In this document: in pieces, positions 16,979-26,201 of the stretch
How positions within the stretch are numbered: position 1 is the first letter of the stretch
How the letters are laid out: the number at the start of each line of letters is the position of its first letter
NCBI GenBank assembly: GCA_964553675.1
Contig: CAZKLG010000004.1
Location: 1-54,886 of the forward strand
Source: an uncultured Mageeibacillus sp.
Lineage (GTDB): Bacteria > Bacillota > Clostridia > Saccharofermentanales > DTU023
Reading direction: 5' to 3'
DNA length: 54,886 nt
The notes under the pieces: model-generated
Told to the model about the DNA's origin: nothing
Seen by the model: only the letters and a program-made list of their open reading frames with translations
Database searches by the model: none
Program-made: the position numbers and the translations under genes

Positions 16979-17543
16979 GATCCGCCCCCTTGAGGCCGGA
17001 AGTCACAGACTGGCTCTTGTCGGCCTTTTTCCAGTCTCTAAAGACCAGGGAAAAAATGCCGGTCAAAAGCAGGGCCCCGGCCAGATTGGCAGCCGTCTTG
17101 ACAGGCAGGCCATCCATGACTTGGAGGAGGAGGCTTCCCAGGGAAAGGGGCTGGTCACCCAGGGGGAGGAGCCAGACAAGCAGGGAGAGGATCAGCTCCT
17201 GAACCAGACCCGCCACCAGGACCAAGAGTCCCCCCCTTATGGCATAGGCCCGCCAGGCTTCACGGGCCAGATAAGAGGCAAGGAGGCCCAGGAGCATGCC
17301 CAGGAGCATGCCTGCCCCATAGCCCCGCCCCGCCGCATAATCGCGGAGGAAGCCGGCGGCAAGGCCCAGGATGAAACTGTCATGGCCAGGTGTCCATAAA
17401 CCGGCCATAAGGGGTAGGAGAAGAAGAAAGTCAGGCAGGGGCCAGGCCGGGTGCAGGGATCCTTCCAGCTGGACCAGAGCAAGGACAAAGAGGCCCGCTC
17501 CATAGATAATCAGCCGCTTCTTCAAGGAGGCATCAGGACGCAT
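16971..17543 (-). CDS. mreD: Rod shape-determining protein MreD
   Basis: Polytopic hydrophobic protein immediately after mreC. GGAGG is 6 nt upstream of ATG 17543; the longer ORF-track start overlaps mreC. Confidence 0.8.
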   Translation of the reverse strand: MRPDASLKKRLIIYGAGLFVLALVQLEGSLHPAWPLPDFLLLLPLMAGLWTPGHDSFILGLAAGFLRDYAAGRGYGAGMLLGMLLGLLASYLAREAWRAYAIRGGLLVLVAGLVQELILSLLVWLLPLGDQPLSLGSLLLQVMDGLPVKTAANLAGALLLTGIFSLVFRDWKKADKSQSVTSGLKGADHV

Positions 17544-18405
17544 GGTCATCCTCCAGAAGGACGAAGACATAGTCAAGGTCCTGGAAGTCGGCTGCCGGCT
17601 GGACATGACAGGTCAGGATCTTGCCATGGATATCCCTTTGCAGGGCCACCACCTGGCCAACGATCAAACCTTGGGGATAAAGGCCGCTGTCCCCGGAGGT
17701 AACCAGGCGGTCCCCCGGACGGATGGGTGTCCCCTCCTCGATATTGTCGGCCAGACAAAGGCCTTGGGCTTGCAGCTCCAGGTCCCCCCGGACCCGGAAG
17801 GAGGAGCGGTAACTCCCCTCCACCTGAACACTGACCGCAAAGGCCTGATGAAGAAGGGGCATGACCTTGCTGGTCTTCAATTCGCTTGAATGAATGCGGC
17901 CGATCAGGGCCATATTTTTGTCGATGACGGGCAGGGTCAGGTCGGCCTGACTGCTCAGACCCTCCAGCCTGCCGGCCTTGATCCGGAAAAGATCAAAGAA
18001 GGGGCCCATCTCCCGGTTGAGTACCTGGGCTCCTTGAACCCGCTTGTTCTCAAAGGCCCTGACCAGGCCCAAGGCCTCTTTCAACTCCTCATAAGCCGAC
18101 AGCTTATCCTGGTTCTGGAGGAGTTCCAGGTTGAGCCGGGCCATCTCCTCTTCCAGGAGACTGACCTGGTCTCTCAGCTTGCGGTTTTCGCTGACAGCCC
18201 CGAAATAGTCACCCGTCCCTTGCAGGCCTTTTTGAAAAAATGACCGGACCGGTTCAAAGACGCTGCCGAAGATATCACCCAGGCGTGAGCGGGTCGTCCC
18301 GGGTAAGGCGGTCAAGATAAAAGTTGTCAAAAGTCCCGCTGAAATCAGGACTATGACCATGATCCTGGGACCACGTCTTTTCACCTGCAAAGGGCTCCTT
18401 CCCAT
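17533..18405 (-). CDS. mreC: Rod shape-determining protein MreC
   Basis: N-terminal TM segment, coiled coil (ENRKLRDQVSLLEEEMARLNLELL), and the C-terminal beta domain motif GDRLVTSG..GLYPQGLIVGQV. Confidence 0.9.
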   Translation of the reverse strand: MGRSPLQVKRRGPRIMVIVLISAGLLTTFILTALPGTTRSRLGDIFGSVFEPVRSFFQKGLQGTGDYFGAVSENRKLRDQVSLLEEEMARLNLELLQNQDKLSAYEELKEALGLVRAFENKRVQGAQVLNREMGPFFDLFRIKAGRLEGLSSQADLTLPVIDKNMALIGRIHSSELKTSKVMPLLHQAFAVSVQVEGSYRSSFRVRGDLELQAQGLCLADNIEEGTPIRPGDRLVTSGDSGLYPQGLIVGQVVALQRDIHGKILTCHVQPAADFQDLDYVFVLLEDDHAS

Positions 18406-18464
18406 CGAAATGGCTTCGACGATTGATGGGAACAGTCTAGCACATGAGGGTCAAAAACCATCTG

Positions 18465-19187
18465 TCAGCAAAGGCCCAGGCGGCTGAAAGATGCCGAGGA
18501 TTCCGCCCCCACAATGACATGGTCCAGGACCGGAATTCCCATCATCTTGCCCAATTCCCTGAACTTGCGGGTGGATTCAATATCGGCCTGGGAGGGCGAT
18601 GGATCCCCGCTGGGATGATTGTGGACCAGGACCATGGAGGCGGCATTGGCCTTGACGGCCTCCCGGAAGATATCCCGGGGATGGATGACGGCTGCGGCCA
18701 GGCCGCCTTGGGATATCCTGACCGAACGGATGATCCGGTTACGGGTATCCAGGAGAAGGACATGGAATTCCTCCCGGGGCAGGTAGCGCATGGAGGCCTC
18801 CACATAGGAGATGACCTCATCGGGCCCCGAGGCTGAGGCCCTGTCCTGAACTTGACGCTGGGAGGCTGCCCTTTGGCCCAGCTCAACCGCCGCCAGTACC
18901 CGGATGGACTTGACTTTTCCAATCCCCGGTATGGCCTGCAATTCCTGGGGGGAGGCCTCCAGGAGACCTGCCAGGCCCTCGCTGGCCAGGAGGAGTTTTT
19001 GGGCCATCTGGACGGCCGTCTCCCCACCCCGGCCCGTGGTCAGGATGATGGCCAGGAGTTCAGCGTGGCTGAGGGCTCCCAGGCCCTGGTCCAGGGCTTT
19101 TTCGTAAGGCCTTTCACTTTCAGGTAGCTCTTTCATGGTCAGGGCAGCTCCCTGATCCAGGACCTTTATGGCTTCTTTTTTTGACAT
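18465..19187 (-). CDS. radC: RadC-family JAMM protein
   Basis: MSKKEAIK..., helix-hairpin-helix LLAIILTTGRGG..., JAMM motif LVHNHPSGDPSPSQAD. The ORF-track extension to 19460 runs through the holA terminator and is rejected. Confidence 0.92.
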   Translation of the reverse strand: MSKKEAIKVLDQGAALTMKELPESERPYEKALDQGLGALSHAELLAIILTTGRGGETAVQMAQKLLLASEGLAGLLEASPQELQAIPGIGKVKSIRVLAAVELGQRAASQRQVQDRASASGPDEVISYVEASMRYLPREEFHVLLLDTRNRIIRSVRISQGGLAAAVIHPRDIFREAVKANAASMVLVHNHPSGDPSPSQADIESTRKFRELGKMMGIPVLDHVIVGAESSASFSRLGLC

Positions 19188-19261
19188 GTCCAAAACTCTC
19201 TTTCCATGAGTAACCCGAGATGCAGGCATCCCAAGGTTACTCTGCTTGATTTTGAAGAGAT

Positions 19262-19292
19262 AAAAAGAGATGAGAAAGGGGCTGACAGCCCC
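19262..19292 (-). terminator. Intrinsic terminator after holA
   Basis: Minus strand: GGGGC-TGTCA-GCCCC followed by TTTCTCATCTCTTTTT. Confidence 0.6.
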
Positions 19293-19299
19293 GGTTTTA

Positions 19300-20346
19300 T
19301 CAGGCAGGTTGACAGGCCTTGATGACCAGGATGGACAGGGCTTCCTCCCCCTCCAAACGGCCTGTTTTGACTGCCAGGTCAGCATGGAAGCTGTTCTCCA
19401 GCATCTTTTCCAGTTTCTCCATGGAGAATCGACCGGCCTGTCCCGCCAGCTTGCGGGCAAAGAAGTGACTTTGGGTCAGGCCGCTGTCAATGATCTTCTG
19501 ACTGCTCTTACATTCCTTGGCTACCAGCAGGTCCCGGGTCTGGCGGGCCAGCATGGTCTGGATAAAGAGGGGGGGCTCCCGCCTGGCCAGGAGGACATCC
19601 AGCTTCTCCAGGGCCTGGTCAATCCGTCCGGCGGCAATGGCATCGGTCAAATCAAAGATCCGGCCTGTCAGATCCTCCCGGCAAAGCTGGTCAATATGGG
19701 CCAGACTGATGTCTTTTTCCCCCCTGTAGGCAAAATAGAGAAAGATGATCTCAAGTTCATTCATGATATCTGCCATGGAGGACTCACAGCGGAGGATCAG
19801 GGAATCGGCTGCCTCACGGGTGATCCGAAGCCCCTGGCGGTGACAGAGGCCGGATACCCAGCTTTGCAGATCCCCGGATTCCTGGCGGCCTATCTTGGCC
19901 GACAAGGCGCCCGCCTGGCGCATCTTCCTCAGCAGTCGATTATTGGAGACCAGCTTCTCCTCAGTGAAAATCAGCTGGCAGGAGTCTGGCAAACGGGTCA
20001 AAAGCTTTTCCAGGCTTTCATAAGTGGGGCCGGCTGGCAGGGCGGCCGAAAAAAGGCCGCTTTCATCCAGGCAAATGACCTTCTTGTCTCCCATGAAGGG
20101 GGGTGTTTCGATCTCAGCCAAAAGCTGGTCCGGATTCAGGGAGGCGATTTTGCCATCCCCTTTGATGGTGACCAGATTCATGGCCTGGAGGTCAGGGCTT
20201 ACCAGGGCAGATATAAGCCGGTCCCTGACCTGGCGGATCAGGTAGCCTTCCTCGCCAGTCAGGATATAGGCAGGCCGATCCATGGCCCGCTTGAGATCTG
20301 CCACCGTTTCCTTGTAATTCAAGAGCCTGTCCAAGGGTTTTAGCAT
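19300..20346 (-). CDS. holA: DNA polymerase III delta subunit
   Basis: 348 aa. N-terminus ...YILTGEEGYLI.... Conserved position directly downstream of comEC. Confidence 0.85.
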   Translation of the reverse strand: MLKPLDRLLNYKETVADLKRAMDRPAYILTGEEGYLIRQVRDRLISALVSPDLQAMNLVTIKGDGKIASLNPDQLLAEIETPPFMGDKKVICLDESGLFSAALPAGPTYESLEKLLTRLPDSCQLIFTEEKLVSNNRLLRKMRQAGALSAKIGRQESGDLQSWVSGLCHRQGLRITREAADSLILRCESSMADIMNELEIIFLYFAYRGEKDISLAHIDQLCREDLTGRIFDLTDAIAAGRIDQALEKLDVLLARREPPLFIQTMLARQTRDLLVAKECKSSQKIIDSGLTQSHFFARKLAGQAGRFSMEKLEKMLENSFHADLAVKTGRLEGEEALSILVIKACQPA

Positions 20347-20365
20347 GCCCTTACCGCCTCGCTCA

Positions 20366-22552
20366 TCAGTCTTGAGTCCCTGAAATCCATGTCCTAATCC
20401 TACCCTTTCCCCGGTCTATCTTCAAGAAAACGGCCCCGGATTGATCGGTCCGAAGGACCCGGATGCCCCGGTCTGCCAGGCGGGCCAGGACCTGGGGGTC
20501 CGGGTGCCCATAGCGGTTTTTTTCAGCCAGGGAGATCAGGGCGGTCCCAGATTGGCATTGATCCAGGAAGGCCGGGGTCGACGAAGAGCCGGAACCGTGG
20601 TGGGCCAGGTGGAGGAAGTCTGCTGAAAAGTCCTGTCCGGATGCCAGCAGGCTCCCCTCCCCTTCTCCTGTCAGATCACCGGTCATGAGAAGGTCCACAT
20701 GATCCAGAGTCACTTTCATGACCAGGGAATAGCGGTTGAGATCCCTGCTTGCCGGCACCCTGTCAGGATAGAGGACCTCCAGGGAAAAATCCTTGGCCTC
20801 CAGCCGATCCCCCCTTTTGAGGAAGCTGACAGGCAGGCCTTTTGACCGGGCCAGGGCCAGGAGGTCAAAGGTCAGATCCTGGGGGTCCTCCGGCCTCTGC
20901 TCCTCTTCATAAGAGGGCAGGCAAAGATGACGGATAAAACCCACCTCCATCAATTCGGCCAGGCCCAGGGCGTGGTCACTGTGACCATGGGTAAGAATGG
21001 CCAGGTCAATGGCGGCCAGCCCCAGCATGCGGGCGGCCGGGATCAGGGTCCTATAGCCCATGCCCTTGTCCCCGCCATCAATGAGGATGCTTTGACCCTG
21101 CCTTGTCAGGATCAGGCTGGCATCCCCCTGGCCCACATCCAGGAAGATGATCTGGTGTCCCTGGGGCAAAAAGAGGATCAGGACCAGGAAAAACCAGAGG
21201 AAGAAAATAATGATCCAGGTCCTGACCAGGCCTTTTTTCAACCCTCCCTTCTTTTTAACAAGGACCAGAATGAAGATCATGGGCAGGAAAAGGAGGACCC
21301 ATCTGAGGGGGATGAAGGCCAGCCTGGATGAGGCCAAGCTGGCAGCCAGCCATTCAAAGAGCCTGACCCCCGGTCTCAGGCTGGTCGAAAGATAGCGGGT
21401 CAAAGTGTCGGCCAGCGGCAGTCTGGCCGGGATCAGGGATAAGAGAGCCAGGCCCAGATAGCTGCTTGACATGAGGAGGGCGGCCAGGGGGATGGCCAGG
21501 ACATTGGCCAGGGGGGCCAGGAGGTGGAGACCTGGCGCCGTCATCATCTGGTAGGGCAGGATAACCAGCTGGGCGGCCAGGGAAAAACGAAAAGAGAGTC
21601 TGAGGGAGCCCAGGCCCCCTTCTGACACCCAGGAGACGGCTGCCGCTGTTGTCAGGCTCATCCAAAAACCGCTGTCATAAATGGCATAAGGGTGGATGGC
21701 CAGCATGAGGGCGCCTGCCCAAAAAAGACTGTTGAAAAGGGGCCGGTGGCGGCCCAGGGGGCCATCCAGCTCCAAACTCAGGGCCATGAGGGAGGCCCGG
21801 CTGATCCCCGATTTCCAACCGCTGAGGATACCGGGCAGGCAGATCAGGGGCAGCATGATCCAAAAGCGGCTCTTCCTTGGCAGGGAGCCAGCCGCCCAAA
21901 GACGGCGGAAGGGTCCCAGGATAAAGAGGAGATGTGTCCCTGACAGGCTGGTCAGATGGGAGAGGCCGGCCGTGGTCAGCCAGTACTGGTCCTGGTCGCT
22001 CATAAGAGACCTGTCTCCCAGGCTCAGGGACAGGAGGAGGCTGCCTCCCTCTGCCTGCCAAAAAGCCTGGTGACGAGAGCGGACATAGTCCCGGAGGCGG
22101 TCGGGGATCCTGACCAGGCTGAGGAGAAAACCCTCCCGGGGGATCAGGCGGAGGGCTTTGCCGCTGGCGGTCCCTGCAGCCCCCTTGGACCAGAGCCAGT
22201 TGCGGCGGGAAAAGCCCCCGGGATTGCGGGAGCCCTGGCCAAGCTGGAACTCAGCCCGGCCTTCCACCTGGTCCCCCTTGCGGCCCCCCTCTGTCATCCA
22301 GATCATGACCGGAATCCCTTCAGATGAGAGAATCAGCTGCCAGCGGCCCCCCTCCTCCCCTATAGGTGAAAAACCAGCGTCCAGGATCCTGCCCCGAAAA
22401 TAGCTTTCTCCTTGAGGGAGCCTTGATTCCCAGATCAATAACCTGGACCGGGTCAGGAAGAAAGAGACCAGAAAAAGCAGGCTGAAGACCAGGGCAGCAG
22501 GGCGAAGCAGGAAAGGGGTCCAGGGATGTCGGCTGGAAAGGCAAGGGTTCAT
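20366..22552 (-). CDS. comEC: DNA internalization competence protein ComEC/Rec2
   Basis: Multi-TM competence domain plus a C-terminal MBL domain (IFLDVGQGDA, ILTHGHSDHALG, HLAHHGS). ATG 22552 is chosen because the longer ORF overlaps engB. Confidence 0.9.
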   Translation of the reverse strand: MNPCLSSRHPWTPFLLRPAALVFSLLFLVSFFLTRSRLLIWESRLPQGESYFRGRILDAGFSPIGEEGGRWQLILSSEGIPVMIWMTEGGRKGDQVEGRAEFQLGQGSRNPGGFSRRNWLWSKGAAGTASGKALRLIPREGFLLSLVRIPDRLRDYVRSRHQAFWQAEGGSLLLSLSLGDRSLMSDQDQYWLTTAGLSHLTSLSGTHLLFILGPFRRLWAAGSLPRKSRFWIMLPLICLPGILSGWKSGISRASLMALSLELDGPLGRHRPLFNSLFWAGALMLAIHPYAIYDSGFWMSLTTAAAVSWVSEGGLGSLRLSFRFSLAAQLVILPYQMMTAPGLHLLAPLANVLAIPLAALLMSSSYLGLALLSLIPARLPLADTLTRYLSTSLRPGVRLFEWLAASLASSRLAFIPLRWVLLFLPMIFILVLVKKKGGLKKGLVRTWIIIFFLWFFLVLILFLPQGHQIIFLDVGQGDASLILTRQGQSILIDGGDKGMGYRTLIPAARMLGLAAIDLAILTHGHSDHALGLAELMEVGFIRHLCLPSYEEEQRPEDPQDLTFDLLALARSKGLPVSFLKRGDRLEAKDFSLEVLYPDRVPASRDLNRYSLVMKVTLDHVDLLMTGDLTGEGEGSLLASGQDFSADFLHLAHHGSGSSSTPAFLDQCQSGTALISLAEKNRYGHPDPQVLARLADRGIRVLRTDQSGAVFLKIDRGKGRIRTWISGTQD

Positions 22553-22619
22553 GATAAAAGCATGGCGGATGCCCCTGCTTTTCAGGCGGCCTGGACCCCC
22601 CTTAGCCTGACAAGGCCCG

Positions 22620-23261
22620 TCAAATTGTCCCGGCCAGATGCCGGCCGATAAGCTCCTTGAGATCCATGATGGACCTGTCACGGGGTTTTTGCCCGGCTGA
22701 AACGGAAATAGGCGGATAGGCCGGCCGGTCATACTCCTGGGCAAAACGGCGGATGACCTCCATGGCCTCAGTCTCAGCCTTGTGGATGGCCTGGCGGGAC
22801 AGTTTATCTGATTTGGTCAGGACCACCTGCCAGTTAATGTCGAAGTGGCAAAGATAATCCAGCATCTGAAGGTCCAGATCCCCGAAACCCCGGCGGATAT
22901 CCAGGAGCAGGAGGACCAGGGCCGTCGGCCGCCTGGCCTCAAAGTATTCATTGGTCACCTTTGAAAAGGCCTGGAGCTGATCCCGGGAGGTCTTGGCATA
23001 ACCATAACCGGGCAGGTCCACATAATAGTGGTCCGGCGCCACATCATAAAAGAAAACCAGGCGGGTTTTACCGGGCGTCTTACTGGTCCGGGCCAGATTC
23101 CTGCGCAGGCTGAGGGCGTTTACCAGGGTGGATTTGCCCACATTGGACCGGCCCGCAAAGGCGATCTCGGCCTTGCCGGCCTTTGGAAACTGCCGGCCGG
23201 ATGCGGCTGCCTTGTAGGGAATACCCGCGGTTTCATGTTTCTTTTTTCCTGGGCCTGTCAT
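22620..23261 (-). CDS. engB: Ribosome-biogenesis GTPase YsxC/EngB
   Basis: GRSNVGKSTLVNAL (G1), DLPGYGYA (G3), LTKSDK (G4). Confidence 0.93.
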   Translation of the reverse strand: MTGPGKKKHETAGIPYKAAASGRQFPKAGKAEIAFAGRSNVGKSTLVNALSLRRNLARTSKTPGKTRLVFFYDVAPDHYYVDLPGYGYAKTSRDQLQAFSKVTNEYFEARRPTALVLLLLDIRRGFGDLDLQMLDYLCHFDINWQVVLTKSDKLSRQAIHKAETEAMEVIRRFAQEYDRPAYPPISVSAGQKPRDRSIMDLKELIGRHLAGTI

Positions 23262-23311
23262 GGTCGACAGCCTCCCTTCATCTGCTATACTTGTGCCAGC
23301 GGAGGAACCAC

Positions 23312-24592
23312 ATGCAAAATCTTGCTTTTCCGGCTGATCAGTCCGTCAAAAACCTATTTGGTGACGAACCTGAACTGGCTTCCTATGGGCCTATAGGCCT
23401 GATTACCCATCAACTGGATCCCGCCCTGGCTGAGCGTATCAATCATCAACTCAGCATGAGGCGGCAGATCATGGTCAAGGAAAGACCCCACTATCTTGAC
23501 ATCCCCGGTTATGTGCGTGAAGATTACCGAATTAATGTAGATCTGACACGTTTCAGCTCGGGTGAGGGGAAGGCCCAGGTCATTGACAGTGTCCGTGGCC
23601 ATGACCTTTTCATCCTGACCGATGTCCTCAACTATGGCGCTCATTATAATCGATACGGCAGTCAGGTGTCGATGGCACCCGACGAACACTTCCTGGATCT
23701 GGTCCGCCTCATCCTTTGTTGCCGCGACTCAGCCGCCCGTATCCATGTCATCCTGCCCTATCTTTTTGAAGGCCGCAGGTTCAGGCGGACGGCCCGGGAA
23801 TCCCTGGACTGCGGGGCCATGCTCCGCTATCTCTTTGAACTGGGCATTGATAATTTCATCACCTTTGACGCCCATGACTCCCGGGTGGCCAATGCGGTCC
23901 CCAACTGCAGCTTTGAATCCTTCCCCACCTCCTACCAGAGCATCCGGACCATCCTGGAGACGGTCCCTGATCTTCAGATCAGCGGTGATTCCCTCATGAT
24001 CGTCAGCCCCAATGAAGTCAGCATCAACCGCTGCATCTTCTTTGCCTCGGCCATGAAGGTCCCCCTGGGCATCTTCTACTCCCGCCGGGACTACCAATAT
24101 ATCCAGGACCAGCTCCATCAGGTGGTCACCCGGACCTATCTGGGTGAATCCGTCCAGGGCAAGGACATCATTATTGTCAGTGACATGCTGGACAGTGGCA
24201 GCGACATGATTGCCTCGGCCAGTGAATTGAAAACCAAGGGGGCCAAGAGGATCTTTTGCGCCGTTTCCTTCTCCCAGTTCACCCAGGGGATCGACAAGGT
24301 CCGCCAGGCCTGGGAAAGCGGCATTATCGAGCGGGTCTTTTCCACCGATATGTCCTACCGGCCGCCGGAAGTGCTCTCTTCCCCCTGGTATACCGATATC
24401 CCCATGGCTGATGATCTGGCCCTCCTGATCTCAGCCCTCAACCATGATGCCTCCCTGTCCCGCCTCATGGCCCCGGCAGCCCGCATCGAGGCCCTTTTAG
24501 CCGAGCGGGGCCATTTAAAAAGTCAAGATGATCAAGAGGACCGCCAGCTCTCCTTTGTTGATATGGGCGGCCCGTCAAGTAGCCAGGAGTGA
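23312..24592 (+). CDS. Long Prs-like (ribose-phosphate pyrophosphokinase family) paralog A with substituted active-site acids
   Basis: 426 aa. RFSSGEGKA, PYLFEGRRFRR, FDAHD, VSPNEVS, IIIVSDMLDSGSDM. GGAGGA lies 5 nt upstream of ATG 23312. Confidence 0.75.
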   Translation: MQNLAFPADQSVKNLFGDEPELASYGPIGLITHQLDPALAERINHQLSMRRQIMVKERPHYLDIPGYVREDYRINVDLTRFSSGEGKAQVIDSVRGHDLFILTDVLNYGAHYNRYGSQVSMAPDEHFLDLVRLILCCRDSAARIHVILPYLFEGRRFRRTARESLDCGAMLRYLFELGIDNFITFDAHDSRVANAVPNCSFESFPTSYQSIRTILETVPDLQISGDSLMIVSPNEVSINRCIFFASAMKVPLGIFYSRRDYQYIQDQLHQVVTRTYLGESVQGKDIIIVSDMLDSGSDMIASASELKTKGAKRIFCAVSFSQFTQGIDKVRQAWESGIIERVFSTDMSYRPPEVLSSPWYTDIPMADDLALLISALNHDASLSRLMAPAARIEALLAERGHLKSQDDQEDRQLSFVDMGGPSSSQE

Positions 24593-24597
24593 GATTG

Positions 24598-25836
24598 ATG
24601 ACACCAGAAGAATTGAAAAAAGTCACAAAACGTTCGGATAAAAACTATTATGTCTACGACCAATACGGCAACAATCCCATGCAGACCATCGCACCGGTGG
24701 CCCTGGTGGCCCTCAAGGGGGCCCGGGACTTGTCCATGGAGGTCAATCATGCCCTGGTGACCCGCCGCAAGGATTACCTGACCGAGGCCATGCCTGAGAA
24801 AATTTCACCCGGCTTCCTCCGTGAGGACTTCCATGTCCCGGTCAACACCTTCCGTTTCTCCTCAGGTGAGGGCAAGGCGGTCATCGAACGGACCATCCGG
24901 GGCCATGACCTTTACATCCTCTGCGACGTGACCAACTTCTCCATCACCTACAAGATGCGGGGAGCCTACAATCACATGAGCCCCGACGACCACTACCAGG
25001 ATCTGAAAAGGGTCATCCTGGCGGCCTCAGGCAAGGCCCGCCGGATCAATGTCATCATGCCCTATCTCTACGAGGGCCGCCAACACCGCCGCAATGCCCG
25101 TGAGTCCCTGGACTGTGCCCATATGCTGATCGAACTGGACCAGCTGGGGGTTGACAACTTCATCACCTTTGATGCCCACGATGACCGGGTGGCCAATGCC
25201 ACCCCCACCTCAGGCTTTGAAAACGTACCCACCACCTACCAGGTCCTGGAGACCATGGTCAGGAGCTATCCGGAGATGCGCTTCCTCCACGATGAGATGA
25301 TGATGATCAGCCCCGACGAGGGCGCCATCTACCGGGCCATGTACTATGCCTCGGTCCTGGGCATCCCCATGGGCACCTTCTATAAGCGCCGGGATTACAC
25401 GGTGGTGAAAAACGGCCGCAACCCCATCATCGCCCATGAGTTTTTGGGCGGCTCCCTGGACGGCCGGGATGTCATTATTGTGGATGATATGATCTCTTCG
25501 GGGGAATCCATGCTGGAGATTGCCAAGACCCTCAAGGCCCGCAAGGCCAGACGGATTTTCTGTGTGGCCACCTTCGGTCTTTTCACCGACGGCCTCTCCC
25601 CCTTTGACAAGGCCTATGAAGAGGGCACCATCGACGCCGTCTTCTGCACCAATCTGATCTACCGGACCCCTGAGCTCCTGGCTTCCCCCTGGTATCGGGA
25701 TGTCAGTGTCTCACGCTTTTTGGCCCTGATCATCGATGCCCTCAATCACAATGCCTCCCTGTCCTCTCTCCTGGATCCCACGACCAAGATCAGAAAGCTC
25801 CTTCGAGCCATCGGCAACGACCGCTTCCAGGACTAG
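24598..25836 (+). CDS. Long Prs-like (ribose-phosphate pyrophosphokinase family) paralog B
   Basis: 412 aa. RFSSGEGKA, PYLYEGRQHRR, FDAHD, ISPDEGA, VIIVDDMISSGESM. AGGAG lies 8 nt upstream of ATG 24598; the GTG 24589 alternative overlaps the upstream stop. Confidence 0.8.
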   Translation: MTPEELKKVTKRSDKNYYVYDQYGNNPMQTIAPVALVALKGARDLSMEVNHALVTRRKDYLTEAMPEKISPGFLREDFHVPVNTFRFSSGEGKAVIERTIRGHDLYILCDVTNFSITYKMRGAYNHMSPDDHYQDLKRVILAASGKARRINVIMPYLYEGRQHRRNARESLDCAHMLIELDQLGVDNFITFDAHDDRVANATPTSGFENVPTTYQVLETMVRSYPEMRFLHDEMMMISPDEGAIYRAMYYASVLGIPMGTFYKRRDYTVVKNGRNPIIAHEFLGGSLDGRDVIIVDDMISSGESMLEIAKTLKARKARRIFCVATFGLFTDGLSPFDKAYEEGTIDAVFCTNLIYRTPELLASPWYRDVSVSRFLALIIDALNHNASLSSLLDPTTKIRKLLRAIGNDRFQD

Positions 25837-26183
25837 AGAATCCTGGGGCCCAAAGGCAGGCCCCCAATCAAATGAAAATGCACATGCATGACCGTCTGAC
25901 CAGCATCTTCCCCACAGTTGTTGATCAGACGGAAACCCTTGTCCTCCAGGCCCAGGGCCTGGGCGATGGCCGGCAAGGCCTCATGGAGCTTGTCCAGATG
26001 CCGGCGGCCCCCGGCCTGGCCTGACATGGTCAGAAGGTCGGGATAGTGGGCCTTGGGCACGATGAGGACATGGACCGGGGCCACCGGTTGCAGGTCTTCA
26101 AAGGCCAGGACATGATCATCCTCGTAGACCTTCTTTGAAGGCAATTCCCCCCGGACGATTTTGCAAAAGATACAGTCTTTCAT
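25833..26183 (-). CDS. HIT-family (histidine triad) nucleotide hydrolase
   Basis: MKDCIFCKI... and the histidine triad HVHFHLIGG. Confidence 0.92.
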   Translation of the reverse strand: MKDCIFCKIVRGELPSKKVYEDDHVLAFEDLQPVAPVHVLIVPKAHYPDLLTMSGQAGGRRHLDKLHEALPAIAQALGLEDKGFRLINNCGEDAGQTVMHVHFHLIGGLPLGPRIL

Positions 26184-26201
26184 GGGTCTCCTCCCCCAAG
26201 C

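Noticed and set aside
19188-19460. N-terminal extension of the radC ORF (331-aa version)
   Set aside because: The extension runs through the holA terminator hairpin and overlaps the holA 3' end. The RadC homology starts at MSKKEAIK (ATG 19187).
22553-22744. N-terminal extension of the comEC ORF
   Set aside because: It overlaps the 3' end of engB in another frame. ATG 22552 precedes the first hydrophobic segment.
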